From: a virus
DNA: 64,000 nt
Virus record (IMG/VR): IMGVR_UViG_3300024263_000001
Location: 10,353-74,352 of that record
Direction: 5' to 3' (one strand)
Part shown: in pieces, positions 19,050-29,572 of the stretch
Numbering within the stretch: the stretch's first letter is position 1
Layout of the letters: each line of letters opens with the position of its first letter
The notes under the pieces: generated by a model
Seen by the model: the letters and a program-made list of their open reading frames with translations, nothing else
Told to the model about the DNA's origin: nothing
The model's database searches: none
Position numbers and translations under genes: made by a program

Positions 19050-19436
19050 CTATCCCTTTACAATATCCTCAAAGTGCCCAGGAATCCATTTCTTGCCAGT
19101 CCTCATATAACAATCAGTGTCTTCTTGAGACATATCCAAGTATCTCCATTCAGTTGTATCCATAACCAGACCTTCATCGGGTGAGATTACCCACTTATGA
19201 ACCTTTTCACCTTCACGTCCATGTATAATGCGATAGTTCACCAGTTTCCCTTTCCCCCATTGGTATTGATGAACAATAATCGTACCGAAAGGTAGTAGAA
19301 ACCTCCAAGTATGACCATACCTTGTGGTCTTCTGGGGGAACATGAACTTACTAAACTTAAACATACCCGACACTCTATTTATCACCAATGCAATTGGTGA
19401 GATTGCTACCATTTTCAGAAACTCTTTACGATTCAT
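19050..19436 (-). CDS. Hypothetical protein with Tat-like N-terminus
   Basis: MNRKEFLK followed by a hydrophobic stretch. Confidence 0.5.
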   Translation of the reverse strand: MNRKEFLKMVAISPIALVINRVSGMFKFSKFMFPQKTTRYGHTWRFLLPFGTIIVHQYQWGKGKLVNYRIIHGREGEKVHKWVISPDEGLVMDTTEWRYLDMSQEDTDCYMRTGKKWIPGHFEDIVKG

Positions 19437-19774
19437 CTTTTCTCCCTATGTCCTTTAATATAAATTCTCTCGCTCTTGACAATCCTCCCTTTCCTTTCCA
19501 CGAACTGCGGAAGCGTTTGCTGACACCCGCACTTACACTCTCTAATAAGATTTAGTTTTTCTTCCTCCGTTAAACATCCTCTAATTTCCTGCGATCTTTT
19601 TAACCCCTCCGCCTTGAAATTAACATGAGGATAGTAACGCTTGAATAATTGGGAGATGGCGGGGGGAGTTATCTTATACAGTTCAGAAAGTTCTTTATAG
19701 GTATACCCCGCCTCCCAAAGATTAAACATTCGTTGAACTCGTTCAGGAATTTCTACCATTAAATATCTCCTCAT
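19433..19774 (-). CDS. HTH DNA-binding protein with CxCGC motif
   Basis: GYTYKELSELYKITPPAISQ; CKCGC...YIKGH. Confidence 0.6.
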   Translation of the reverse strand: MRRYLMVEIPERVQRMFNLWEAGYTYKELSELYKITPPAISQLFKRYYPHVNFKAEGLKRSQEIRGCLTEEEKLNLIRECKCGCQQTLPQFVERKGRIVKSERIYIKGHREKR

Positions 19775-20333
19775 AGAGCATACCAGGGCGGAGTGTGAGT
19801 CGCCATTCAGTTATACCTTCAAGTAAATCTGCACTTTCCAGATTTGAGATGATGGCCATAAGTGATTGCAGGCCGAGAAATATATCACCTGAAAGTTCAA
19901 ACAAAATGTCAATAGATGTCAGAGAAGCACTCAGTTCGATTTGATGGCTCTCTGCAATCAGAAGATGACCTCCATACAATCGTTGTTCAGGACGATACAA
20001 ACCGACTCCCCGCACATGTCCACTTAACAAGAACCTTCCAATTGCGGAGTTGTCAGGATAAAGATTGAATATCAACTCATTCCAAGCCTGGAGTGTCTGT
20101 TTGGGTGGGAGGGTTGCTTGCTTGCTCTCAAACTCTTTGATAAGAGTGGGAAGTGTATCCAAAGGGTAGCCCATCACATAAATTATCCCATCGAAATCGG
20201 CCAGCACTGTCGATTCATCCCTGCAAGCACCCGCCCCAAATGATAACACATTACTAATTCCATCAATGAAACCAATTATGTTATGGTCTCGAATGCTATT
20301 TCGCCACCCTGCCAGATATCCAAACGTTATCAT
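19743..20333 (-). CDS. Hypothetical protein, possibly a degenerate thymidylate-synthase fold
   Basis: C-terminal LSASLTSIDILFELSGDIF...LYEE loosely resembles the TS RSxD...D..F...H.Y region. Confidence 0.3.
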   Translation of the reverse strand: MITFGYLAGWRNSIRDHNIIGFIDGISNVLSFGAGACRDESTVLADFDGIIYVMGYPLDTLPTLIKEFESKQATLPPKQTLQAWNELIFNLYPDNSAIGRFLLSGHVRGVGLYRPEQRLYGGHLLIAESHQIELSASLTSIDILFELSGDIFLGLQSLMAIISNLESADLLEGITEWRLTLRPGMLYEEIFNGRNS

Positions 20334-20359
20334 TTTTCCGTCCCCCTCTTATCTCTTGC

Positions 20360-20575
20360 CTAGTCCTCTCTAAGGGCACAATACAGGGCATAAAGCGCAC
20401 CAACTAGAAATGCAGCTGCCGCCACCATATCGTTTATCAAGAATGTGTACCAACCTACCGACTGTTCAAAAGCGGTGCCTTCCGTGAATTCGCCAAATTG
20501 CCAAGCCCCATAGATCCAGACTGCTGCCAATGCAAATCCGACAAGGCTCAGCAGAAAAAGCTCATATCTCTTCAT
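20360..20575 (-). CDS. Small two-TM membrane protein
   Basis: Two hydrophobic helices, AGGAGG RBS. Confidence 0.55.
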   Translation of the reverse strand: MKRYELFLLSLVGFALAAVWIYGAWQFGEFTEGTAFEQSVGWYTFLINDMVAAAAFLVGALYALYCALRED

Positions 20576-20585
20576 CTTCTCCTCC

Positions 20586-21494
20586 TTACAATGCTAACTT
20601 TAATGAAGATAATGCTTCAAAAGTTTCTCTTTCACTCCACAAATCTGGTTCCTTCTCATACTGTTTGCGGGGGACAAGGCACTTCACAGATAATTCCCCA
20701 GCAATTCGCTTAGTGGCTCTTCTCCCTGCCTCATCGGGGTCTAAAAGGAGAACTACTTGGTCGTAATTTACCAACCTTCTAAATTGACCATCACTTAATG
20801 TAGTACCCATCAAGGCAACAACATTGCTCATCCCCTGACTGACCAATCTATATACACCCCAGTATCCTTCAGTCACGGTAATCTCATGAAAATGTGTCCC
20901 TTTCCATTGTTCTAATCCATAGAGCAAATCCTTAAACCTGGCACCAGATTCAGGGACAATTGGACAGTATTTGGGTTCTTGGTCAGCACGGGTGCGGCGG
21001 CCCACAATTACTCTTAGTCTCCCGAACTCATCGTGCACGGGGATTGCTATCTTCTCAGTTACGGGATCATACTTCACACTATATCGGTTATAAATATAGA
21101 AGGGGATATCTCGATACGATTCATATACATCCTCTATATTTAGATAAGTATCAAGGATTATATTATCTAAATATAGATTCCTTTGATCTGTCTGCAACAT
21201 TTGGATTTGCCGAGCGACCTCGCTAACATCTTCATAATCAGGAAGCACCTCATTGAGATATTGTTTCGCCTGCCAAAGAGACATTTCCTTTAAGTGCATG
21301 ACCAAGGTGATAAGGTTGGCATCTTCATTGCAAGCAAAACAGTGCGAAAGTCCAGAATCTAAGTTAATGCCCCAACTAGGGTGAACATCCTCGTGGTGCC
21401 CCCAAGGGCAACGACCACGAAGTTCGTCATCTACTACTAAGATTTTTTGGATCCCCAGATCTTTGCAAATTTGAATTACTTTGGCTCTCGACAT
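20586..21494 (-). CDS. dnaG: DnaG-type DNA primase
   Basis: CHC2 zinc finger CPWGHHED...CFAC; TOPRIM EGY, ALMGT, DPDEAG. Confidence 0.92.
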   Translation of the reverse strand: MSRAKVIQICKDLGIQKILVVDDELRGRCPWGHHEDVHPSWGINLDSGLSHCFACNEDANLITLVMHLKEMSLWQAKQYLNEVLPDYEDVSEVARQIQMLQTDQRNLYLDNIILDTYLNIEDVYESYRDIPFYIYNRYSVKYDPVTEKIAIPVHDEFGRLRVIVGRRTRADQEPKYCPIVPESGARFKDLLYGLEQWKGTHFHEITVTEGYWGVYRLVSQGMSNVVALMGTTLSDGQFRRLVNYDQVVLLLDPDEAGRRATKRIAGELSVKCLVPRKQYEKEPDLWSERETFEALSSLKLAL

Positions 21495-21673
21495 TCTCTT
21501 TCCTTGACCCCTTTAGTATCGCTTGATATAGATACCTCGCTGAGTGTCAATTTCCAAAGTCGATTGCAATGATGGCAATAGAAACGATGAGGAACGAGCC
21601 CTTTATCAGCAATAACTTTTATAAACTTGCCACAGTTGGGACAGGTAAGCGTAAAGCCAATTGGTATGCTCAC
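21476..21673 (-). CDS. Zinc-ribbon protein
   Basis: CPNC...CHHC. Confidence 0.55.
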   Translation of the reverse strand: MSIPIGFTLTCPNCGKFIKVIADKGLVPHRFYCHHCNRLWKLTLSEVSISSDTKGVKERECREPK

Positions 21674-22914
21674 TGTAGTTTTAATATCCCTCCCTCTGGG
21701 GTTAGTTCCCTCATATCACCGACATCCACGTTAAAAGCGAGCCTGATTATTCCACCGAGCCCTGCTAATGTCCTTTTCTTCCTCAGTTTTAGTTTAAGAA
21801 CTGTGTCTTCTTTCCCTCGATCTACTGTTAGAACAATATCAGCATGTTGTACCATTGCATAAGAAGTTGCTATATCCTCTAAATCTAAGGCTCTCTTATC
21901 AGCAGCGGGGCGGTGAGTCTGAGCGGCGATAATGATAGGAATCTGATAGACCTCAGCCAATGTCTTCAGGTCCCGACAAACATCATCCATCTCCTCATAT
22001 TTCTTCTCGTATCGTCTCTGTCCCCTCATCAATGTAATATAATCAACGAGGACTAACTTTGGTTCGTGGCGTTTAATTTTGGCATCAACGCGTGCGGGAG
22101 TAAAAGACCCCCCGTACCGCTGACCAACAAGTATAAAAGGCGTTGTATTGACATTTGACTTTAGGGTTTTCGTGTATTGCTCTAAATCTACTGTACCAAT
22201 AAATAATGAAGTGTTGGATATTTTATGGACAAAGGCGTCAAAACGATATGCTACTTCAATGGGAGACATCTCAAGGTTGATATAAAGAACTGGTTTCTTT
22301 TGCTCCCACGCCCGAAAAGCAAAAAGTAAAAGAAGAAAGGATTTACCGATTCCCGTCTTCCCCAAAACAACTGAAAGCATTCCAGGACTCCAACCACCTA
22401 TGAGATAATCTAGGGTTTTTATCCCAGTAGAAATTCCTACCATAGATCCTGATTTCCTCAGCAATTGTCTCCGCTCTTGGTCCTCTAGGCGGAACTCAAA
22501 GTCTCTAGCAAGATCTATATCAGTATCTCCACCATGAGCCATTTGAATCTCTCGTACCCGATTAGAAATCATTTCAAGAGCGGGGTTCGCCCCATCGGTT
22601 TGGAAAGTCTCAACTAATTCATTCATCAAAGAGAGCACTTTTCTATCCAGCAGTTTCTCGTTCAGTTCTCGGCGGAGTTTAGTGAAGTCATAGTTCTTAG
22701 AATCCCAAGAGAAATGAGAATAGTCAGGAAATTTCTCCACAAAGGCGGCGACAGTTGGTGTAGTCCTATATTTATCATAATAAGTATGGATATAAGACCA
22801 TTCTCTTGGACAGACAACAAAATGGTTGTTCGAGATGCCTGCTTCTATGGCTTCCAAGAAACTGGCAGTTGAAACTATATAGATGATTGTTGATTGTTCA
22901 ATGGAAGGAGTCAC
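21670..22914 (-). CDS. dnaB: DnaB-like replicative helicase
   Basis: GKTGIGKS, NLEM, VDYI, AAQ, QHADIV. Confidence 0.93.
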   Translation of the reverse strand: MTPSIEQSTIIYIVSTASFLEAIEAGISNNHFVVCPREWSYIHTYYDKYRTTPTVAAFVEKFPDYSHFSWDSKNYDFTKLRRELNEKLLDRKVLSLMNELVETFQTDGANPALEMISNRVREIQMAHGGDTDIDLARDFEFRLEDQERRQLLRKSGSMVGISTGIKTLDYLIGGWSPGMLSVVLGKTGIGKSFLLLLFAFRAWEQKKPVLYINLEMSPIEVAYRFDAFVHKISNTSLFIGTVDLEQYTKTLKSNVNTTPFILVGQRYGGSFTPARVDAKIKRHEPKLVLVDYITLMRGQRRYEKKYEEMDDVCRDLKTLAEVYQIPIIIAAQTHRPAADKRALDLEDIATSYAMVQHADIVLTVDRGKEDTVLKLKLRKKRTLAGLGGIIRLAFNVDVGDMRELTPEGGILKLQ

Positions 22915-23343
22915 TTATCCATAAGCCTCTCTTGGGTATTCGCCGTGTTCCTCACGGTAATTCTCCCTCCACATATCATGTTTGGTGAGTAGCTTACCGT
23001 TTCTCTCAACCAAGGGTTCATCATAAATGACTTCTTCGCCATGTGTAGTAACTCCATCTTTTCCTTCTCGCCACATGAAAATGTGGATTTCTCGACAACA
23101 ACTTACACAAACATATTTATTTCTTCCACTATCCCTAAAGATATACTTTCCTGGCTCCTCAAAAATGGATGAACTTCCACCCCAATAATTGGGTGGCCAA
23201 TTATCCAAGTACATCTGCTCTTGGCAATGAGGACACGATACAATTTCACGAACAATATCAAAACCAAGGATAAATCTCTTCCAATTACTAGGATGGCATA
23301 ATTTATCAAAACTCATTTTATTCTCCTTTGCTTTAATACTCAA
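22915..23343 (-). CDS. Hypothetical zinc-binding protein
   Basis: CPHC...CVSC. Confidence 0.5.
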   Translation of the reverse strand: MSIKAKENKMSFDKLCHPSNWKRFILGFDIVREIVSCPHCQEQMYLDNWPPNYWGGSSSIFEEPGKYIFRDSGRNKYVCVSCCREIHIFMWREGKDGVTTHGEEVIYDEPLVERNGKLLTKHDMWRENYREEHGEYPREAYG

Positions 23344-23782
23344 GAGCCTCTGTTTTAATGATAACCTCAGTCCCAGTTTCTAATATATCCACTACCGCAG
23401 TATAATCTTCTTCCCTAAACCCTCCACTTTCGCCATAATTTGCTACCCATACTGGGGTGGTTTTCCCCATAAGATATTCACCACCCTTATATCCAGTTAG
23501 TGTTCTACCAATTACACTCTTAAGTAACCTTAGTAATTCCGTAACTGTGAACGCCCTAGATTCATTGCCAACATATTTCAAAGCCAATTCATTATAACTA
23601 CCATGCCAACTATCTATGTTTACTGGGCGATAGGGTTTAACGTCAAATACAACTGGAAGGTCTTTATTTTTCACCGATTCCAGTTTCAATATCATTTCGC
23701 CAAGCGTTAACTGGGGCGACGTTTTCATTCTCTCGGCTCTGTCTACTTTTACTGCATTATCTAGTATTGTCTGTAAATCCAT
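23333..23782 (-). CDS. Phage hypothetical protein
   Basis: SWHGSYNELAL...GYKGGEY...TPVWVA pattern, recalled from phage hypothetical proteins. Confidence 0.6.
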   Translation of the reverse strand: MDLQTILDNAVKVDRAERMKTSPQLTLGEMILKLESVKNKDLPVVFDVKPYRPVNIDSWHGSYNELALKYVGNESRAFTVTELLRLLKSVIGRTLTGYKGGEYLMGKTTPVWVANYGESGGFREEDYTAVVDILETGTEVIIKTEALEY

Positions 23783-24213
23783 TTTATTTTCCCCTCTGGA
23801 TTAGAAACAGCCGATACTAAAAATAGCCAGAGATGTGCCAAATCCTATAAGAAGTCCACTCAAGAAAACACAAAGTATCAATAGTTTTCCTTGATTAGTC
23901 ATTTTTACATTCCCTTCCGCCCCATGCTTAGGCTTTATACACCTCATGGGTATGAGCCTTTTCTTCCAGCCTCTTGATTCTCTCTTCAAAACTTGGAGAG
24001 AAACAGAGTAATTGTTCTGCTACTTCCACGAAATAGTAACAATCTGACCGACATAAGGTTTAAGAAGTTTATTCGTAGCGGGGGCGGCCTCAAGGTTAAG
24101 ATAGAGGCCACGTTCGTGATCATCAACATAGAAAAGGTTTGTTTCGCATTTAGATTGTGCTAATTTTGCTTCAACGATTACTTTTTTCATTTCATTCTCC
24201 TTATTCTAAATTG

Positions 24214-24480
24214 CTACCTTATCCAGCCCTGCTTCCGCTTGAAACTTTCCCACCGTGACAGTTTCCAGTCTCTTGTCTCATAGGCTTTTGCCAGTTTGAG
24301 AAATAACCTTTCAACTGTACCTGAAGGAACCCCTCCCCACAAAACTTGAAACAGTTTTTCGGCATCTATATCATAACTCGTTATCTCTGCTTCTACTGGC
24401 CCATCCAACTCAACAGAGATGATTATATCCCCGCTGTTTCCTGGAGCATTAATCTTAATTTCTCTTCTTTTTCCAACCAT
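24214..24480 (-). CDS. Hypothetical protein
   Basis: AAGGAG RBS, operonic position. Confidence 0.5.
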   Translation of the reverse strand: MVGKRREIKINAPGNSGDIIISVELDGPVEAEITSYDIDAEKLFQVLWGGVPSGTVERLFLKLAKAYETRDWKLSRWESFKRKQGWIR

Positions 24481-24481
24481 T

Positions 24482-24949
24482 TTATTCTCCTTTGTTCCAA
24501 CTTGCTGCTTTACGATCCATCAACCACTCGGACATTTCTGATAACCACCTTTGGCTCCACCCGCTGGTAAGAAGAATGAAATTAGGATTCTTTACATTCC
24601 CCTGACCAAAGATAACATAGTCAATATAATCACACGCGCGGGACATATCACGGGAAAAATGAGCGTAGAGGGCTTTAGCAACGGATTCATGTTTCTTCCA
24701 CGTTGCCCATGTGAATATAGGCTGGGGTCGCCCTCCTCCTTTACTCTGCTGGCGGAAATAGTAGATGAGGTCAATTGCGAGGTATAACTCCTTTGATTTC
24801 TTGAGAAACCGTTTTCTGTTTCTGACATCAAATTGAATAAAATCTGCATCTTTTCGTTTTTTTGTTTGAGTTCTTCGCTTTATGTATCGTTTAATCGTTT
24901 CAATTTCTTCTTCGAGGGTTTCAATTCTCTGCTCTATGGTTTTGGTCAT
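24482..24949 (-). CDS. Basic hypothetical protein heading the replication operon (possible initiator or regulator)
   Basis: First gene after a strong promoter and structured leader; Lys/Arg-rich N-terminus. Confidence 0.4.
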   Translation of the reverse strand: MTKTIEQRIETLEEEIETIKRYIKRRTQTKKRKDADFIQFDVRNRKRFLKKSKELYLAIDLIYYFRQQSKGGGRPQPIFTWATWKKHESVAKALYAHFSRDMSRACDYIDYVIFGQGNVKNPNFILLTSGWSQRWLSEMSEWLMDRKAASWNKGE

Positions 24950-24974
24950 TTTGGGATTTTCTGTGTGGCTTTTG

Positions 24975-25187
24975 CTCTCGGTGGTAAGGACTGTCTAGGT
25001 GTCAGGGCAATCCAAACCGCAGAACTCTACACCCTGGTCTAAATCCCCCCTAGTCTGCCTATCCTTACCACCCAAAACAAAAACCATCGGCTTAGAAAGC
25101 GGCGGGGGCGAGGCCCCGCGGTCTTGGCGCCTTCGTCCTATCGTGCCTCCTACAGCCTCGCTGCCCTCCTCTGCTTCCCCACCGCTT
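24975..25187 (-). ncRNA. Structured RNA or 5' leader with two long stem domains
   Basis: AAGCGGTGGGG...CCCCGCCGCTT closes domain 1; GGTGGTAAGGAT...GTCCTTACCACC closes domain 2; starts just downstream of the promoter. Confidence 0.55.
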
Positions 25188-25190
25188 GTT

Positions 25191-28100
25191 TTATTCTATC
25201 ACAGACCAACAGTCAATGCAAGCAGAAATCAAAAACTTTAAGGTTCGAGCTCTAGGCCAGCTGGATTTGTCCTTGCTCAACCGTTCAGAACCACAGTTGG
25301 GGCAATATATCCTTTCCCGCTCAAATGGTGAAACCATCTGGCATTTTTCAAGGGCTATAGCACCGCGCCAAACTTCCACACTTTTATTGATAGCAAGAAT
25401 GAACCGATGCCCACAATTGCGACATTTGATAGCCAAATCATAAGTCTTAGTCATCCTTTTTCTCCTTTCAATCTAAATCTTCTAACATTTCTAATTCCCT
25501 TTGAATCTCCTTAATACTATAAGTCTTCGAGAGTTTCTTTAGTTTCCGTGCTAGGCTTTCCCCCCTCATAATCTGTATCGTTTCTTTGTAGATGCCCTGT
25601 TCTTCTAAACCACGCATAAATGAAGCACTTTTACACTTGTTATCAATATGCTCAACTAATCGTTCCTGGCATTGTTCCTTACTAGTACCTTGTATTTTTT
25701 CTCCACATAGTTGACATTTAGTTTGATAACCTATTACTATCTTTCTCTTTTTCTTCATTCCAAATCTTTAATGTTAAACCCTTCTGGTAATTGGTCTGCT
25801 ATGTTTTTACAAATTGCTCTACATACCCAGTCCCTTTCCTTTTCATACCCTTCATTTCTAAATTCATAGGCGGGCAGGTAGGGGCCAATCTTACAAGTAT
25901 AGTATTCCCCCAAACAACCATAACTTTTACGGTATTCTTGCCCGCAGAAATCGGCTAGTGCTCGCAGTTTCCCAAGGGAGATTTTGATTCGTAGCCGATT
26001 TAGGTTTGGCTTTTTGGAAACTTCTCCTCTGGTAGCCATATCTCCTCACCAACTGCAATTTGTTCTCCTTCCCATTCATCGGCGGGCAAGAACCATTCTA
26101 AGACACCAAGAGCATCTACACCATAGTAAATGTCTTGGTTTCTAATCCAATCATTCAACTTACCTTTGGGTTGACCAAAGGCATAATATAGTTGACGAGC
26201 TCCCTCCCCGCTTTCGATAGCAACTCGTTTGCCATCAGAAAATACTAAGTGCTTGATCCCCGACATAGGGTGGCCCTCAATCCCCAGCAAGATTCCCCTA
26301 GCCAAATGGTACAAAAGCCCGTCTTGCTCTCCTGGCAGGTATTTCAAAGTTGATCCTCCTTATGGCATTGGTCAAAAGGCGAACAACGACATTCATTCGG
26401 AATACAGAAGCAACCACAGACCTTACAAGTTATACAATTCCGACACCACCATTGACCATCACCCATAAAACAGCCATCGGGATAAGATTCAGCCAACATT
26501 GGTGCATAATCTTCCCATTCATATTCCTCACCACAGCGATCACAGTTCACCTTTTTGAGTTCAGCCATTTCTTACCTCCCAAAGTACATACATATTGCTA
26601 ATCCTATAAAAGCGATTAGCAGGAGAATGAAAGTCTCCTTATTCTCTAGGAAACTACCTAACCATTTCATTTTTTCTTGTCTCCATATCTTTCCACCTCT
26701 AGGTAAACACGATTAACCGCGCGAGGGCGGACAATGAGATCACCCTCTGGCGCACTAATATCAAATGCAACATTGTGTTCCCCTATATGTATTGATATTC
26801 GTTTGCCCCCTTTTGTTTCTAACTCTAGGTCAATTACTTTGCTTATATCAATATCCTCCCACACAAGTGACCCTTCCCTAAGACAATGAACTCGGCATTT
26901 CATATTTCTCTCCTTTCATATTGTGGAAACCGCCCCGATGTTACCTTTTCCATTGTAAATGATTTTGCAAATTCCTTTGCTTTATAGGTATAATACCATT
27001 CACGGGGCACTTGGGAATACCCTAAGTAAATATACCCACATTCAGGACACCGAGTAGAATTATTCTCAACATGGTACAGGTCTATTGTCCCCAGGAACCC
27101 GCACTCTTGGCACTCTAAGACCTCTACATGACCGCGCGCGATTCTCACTTAGAAAGTCCCAATTCACCTTCAATCTGCTTCCTAAATTGCTCAGTTACAT
27201 CAGCCCCGCAATCAGTACATTCTACCTCATTTACTGATAGAATGGGAGCATCCCAATCAAATATATCACCCCATTCCTCTTTTGCGGGATAATAGTATTG
27301 GGCTACTTTCTCGGTGGTTTCCACTATCACGCACTCATGTAGACACTTTAGCGTTTCCATCTTATTCTCCTTTCTATAAAATCTCTACAAACTTTCTTTC
27401 TAAGACCTGTAGATGGTAAAGAGCATTAGAAAGTTCATAGTAATGCTCTCCCGCTTCTAGGAAGTCAAAGAAAGCATCAGAATGTAGGTTGTGATATTCT
27501 AGTAAAGAAACCAAAGCAAACTGCGCTTTCTTTACCAATTCTAATGCTCTCTTTGCATCAGTTCTTACCTCCGTTTTGGGCTTTCGTCTTCTTCGCTTCC
27601 TAAAACGTCTGTATACTCCTGTTATGTATGGCATTTCTATTCGCCCCCTCCCGATAATAATACCCTACCAATAAGAGAAACTAACTCAGTCCCACCACAC
27701 TCTAACAACAGCGAGATCGGCGGGGAAGGGATGACTTCCAAAAGCAGAAGCCAGTTCTTTGCTTGTCATTCCTATTGGGCCTTCTGAACTTTCCGCACCC
27801 ACCCATCCAACCTCATCGGCTGACCAAGTGCTGATTACATCCAGCAACACGGAGAGGTTGTCTTTATATGTGAGGATATATAGTGTATCAGCATTGAGGT
27901 AATCATCAGGTAAATCCCTCAGCTCGATGAGCCACCCATATTTGAACCGCCCAAAGATGAAGGACTGCCATAGGTGCTGATTCCTTGCTAAAGAGTCGGC
28001 CACATCGTTGCCGTCAAGAAAGTTGAAGCTCCTAAGACGTAATCTTGTTAACTGAATTTTCTGTTTTTCGTTCATGTTACCTCCAAGAACTTATCATATT

Positions 28101-28533
28101 CATCTGGTGGGAGGATCCGATCACATATTGAGCAAAACAAGTTTGCATCATCGCGATCTCCATGTTGTTGCTCCTTCGGCTCATACCGACAGGCGTTATG
28201 GTCCCATCCATAGTGCGTAATCAGAAGCAAACCCTCAATATGCTCATTGAAAATGAACTGATTTCCACAGTAGGGACATTCAATTCTTTCTCTCATTTAT
28301 TCCTCCTAGTATACGCTACATTCTAGGAATTGATTGTACAAGTCGGGCAACCCCTTTAGGCATTCACCGCAAGTGAGAGTACCGCCATCATGCCCCCAAC
28401 TTTCAAAACGCTGATACTTGTAGGCTTGCTTTTCTTCATCCCATAGATGATATAGAGTTTGCGCTTCACCCCAAATATCTTCCTGAAAGTTGGTCGTGTT
28501 TCCGCATCTAGGACATTCAATTTTCTTGCTCAT
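25191..28533 (-). CDS. Array of about 12 small early genes, many with CxxC zinc ribbons (e.g. 25191-25454, 25468-25758, 26344-26568, 26900-27148, 27145-27360, 28072-28296, 28306-28533)
   Basis: Tightly packed ORFs with GGAG RBSs, downstream of the 30066-30094 promoter. Confidence 0.6.
25193..25245 (-). promoter_or_regulatory. Sigma70-type promoter with upstream AACCTTAAAGTT box (copy 2)
   Basis: Minus strand: AACCTTAAAGTT-N12-TTGCAT-N17-TAGAAT. Confidence 0.75.
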
Positions 28534-28550
28534 TTTTTCTCCTTCTGGTT

Positions 28551-28611
28551 TGCGGGGAGCAGGCTCAACTAGTTAGTGGGCATTACCAACCCTATGGGCA
28601 CTACTCCCCGC
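28551..28611 (-). other. GC-rich stem-loop between early genes (processing site or terminator)
   Basis: GCGGGGAGTAG...CTGCTCCCCGC, 11-bp stem on the minus strand. Confidence 0.5.
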
Positions 28612-28614
28612 CAC

Positions 28615-29439
28615 TTACGATGCCAACCCTAATTGCCTTCTTAGGTATCGGCGGAGGGATGATCTTAGTTGGTGTTCTGCTACCCGCGCAAAGTGAAGAA
28701 TCCGTATGTCACCTGGATGCACATTAACTTCTCCCCACAAATCCCCTAGTGCCCATTTAGCAGCTGGGGACACAGGGAATACCTCTATTGCTCGTACTAG
28801 GAGGGAGGGGACATAGTATTTTTCTTCAAAGTGGGATTTGAGATGATCGGGGGCGTGCATAGAACCATCAGCATTACTTACTACTAATGCACAGTTCCAG
28901 CAATCCCCAAGTCCAGGTTTAGGAACTTCCCCCGCAAATAGAGCCTTTATATAGTTGCGGGAATACTTGAGAATCTCTTTGTTTAGTTTCTTGAGTTCCT
29001 TAGCGGGAGGCCCAGCCCCTTCTACTATACCATCAGGATGATAGGAGAACTCAATTTTCATACCATCAGCAAACACCCAATTCTTATATAGTCTCTTTTT
29101 CCACCCTTTTCTTTGTTGTTTCCTGCGCTCTAAATACCAGATACTATCCTGCCGATAGATATAGTATCCTTCTGGTAAATGAGCGTTTAGTCTATCCTTA
29201 GTAGTCTTGGTATGAAAGCCTTGAGTGTCTATTATCACTATTTGTTCTCTAAATACCTCCTTATCGTGTTCACACAGATGAGGATAGGATATACAGTAAG
29301 TGATAATATCCGTGTTATGGTGTTTTATGGCGATACTAGTAGGACTTCTCCGTTCTACCCTAGTTTTGTAACGAATGGGGCGGGAATCCTTCTTCCCCAA
29401 ATACTCATTGGCTTGTTGGTAACTACGAATTTCTGTCAT
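28615..29439 (-). CDS. Early protein of unknown function, paralog A
   Basis: MTEIRSYQQANEYLGKK...SSLRRYLRRQLGLAS; clearly homologous to 31639-32409. Confidence 0.75.
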   Translation of the reverse strand: MTEIRSYQQANEYLGKKDSRPIRYKTRVERRSPTSIAIKHHNTDIITYCISYPHLCEHDKEVFREQIVIIDTQGFHTKTTKDRLNAHLPEGYYIYRQDSIWYLERRKQQRKGWKKRLYKNWVFADGMKIEFSYHPDGIVEGAGPPAKELKKLNKEILKYSRNYIKALFAGEVPKPGLGDCWNCALVVSNADGSMHAPDHLKSHFEEKYYVPSLLVRAIEVFPVSPAAKWALGDLWGEVNVHPGDIRILHFARVAEHQLRSSLRRYLRRQLGLAS

Positions 29440-29572
29440 TTTAGCTCCTCTGGATAAATTTGTTTGCCTTTTCAATATATCCGCAAATGGTCATGTTCAT
29501 TACTTATACGGATTGAGAATATACCTAGTTTTCCAAGCCATAAGCACCACCAACCAGAAAATCTATAAAGTG

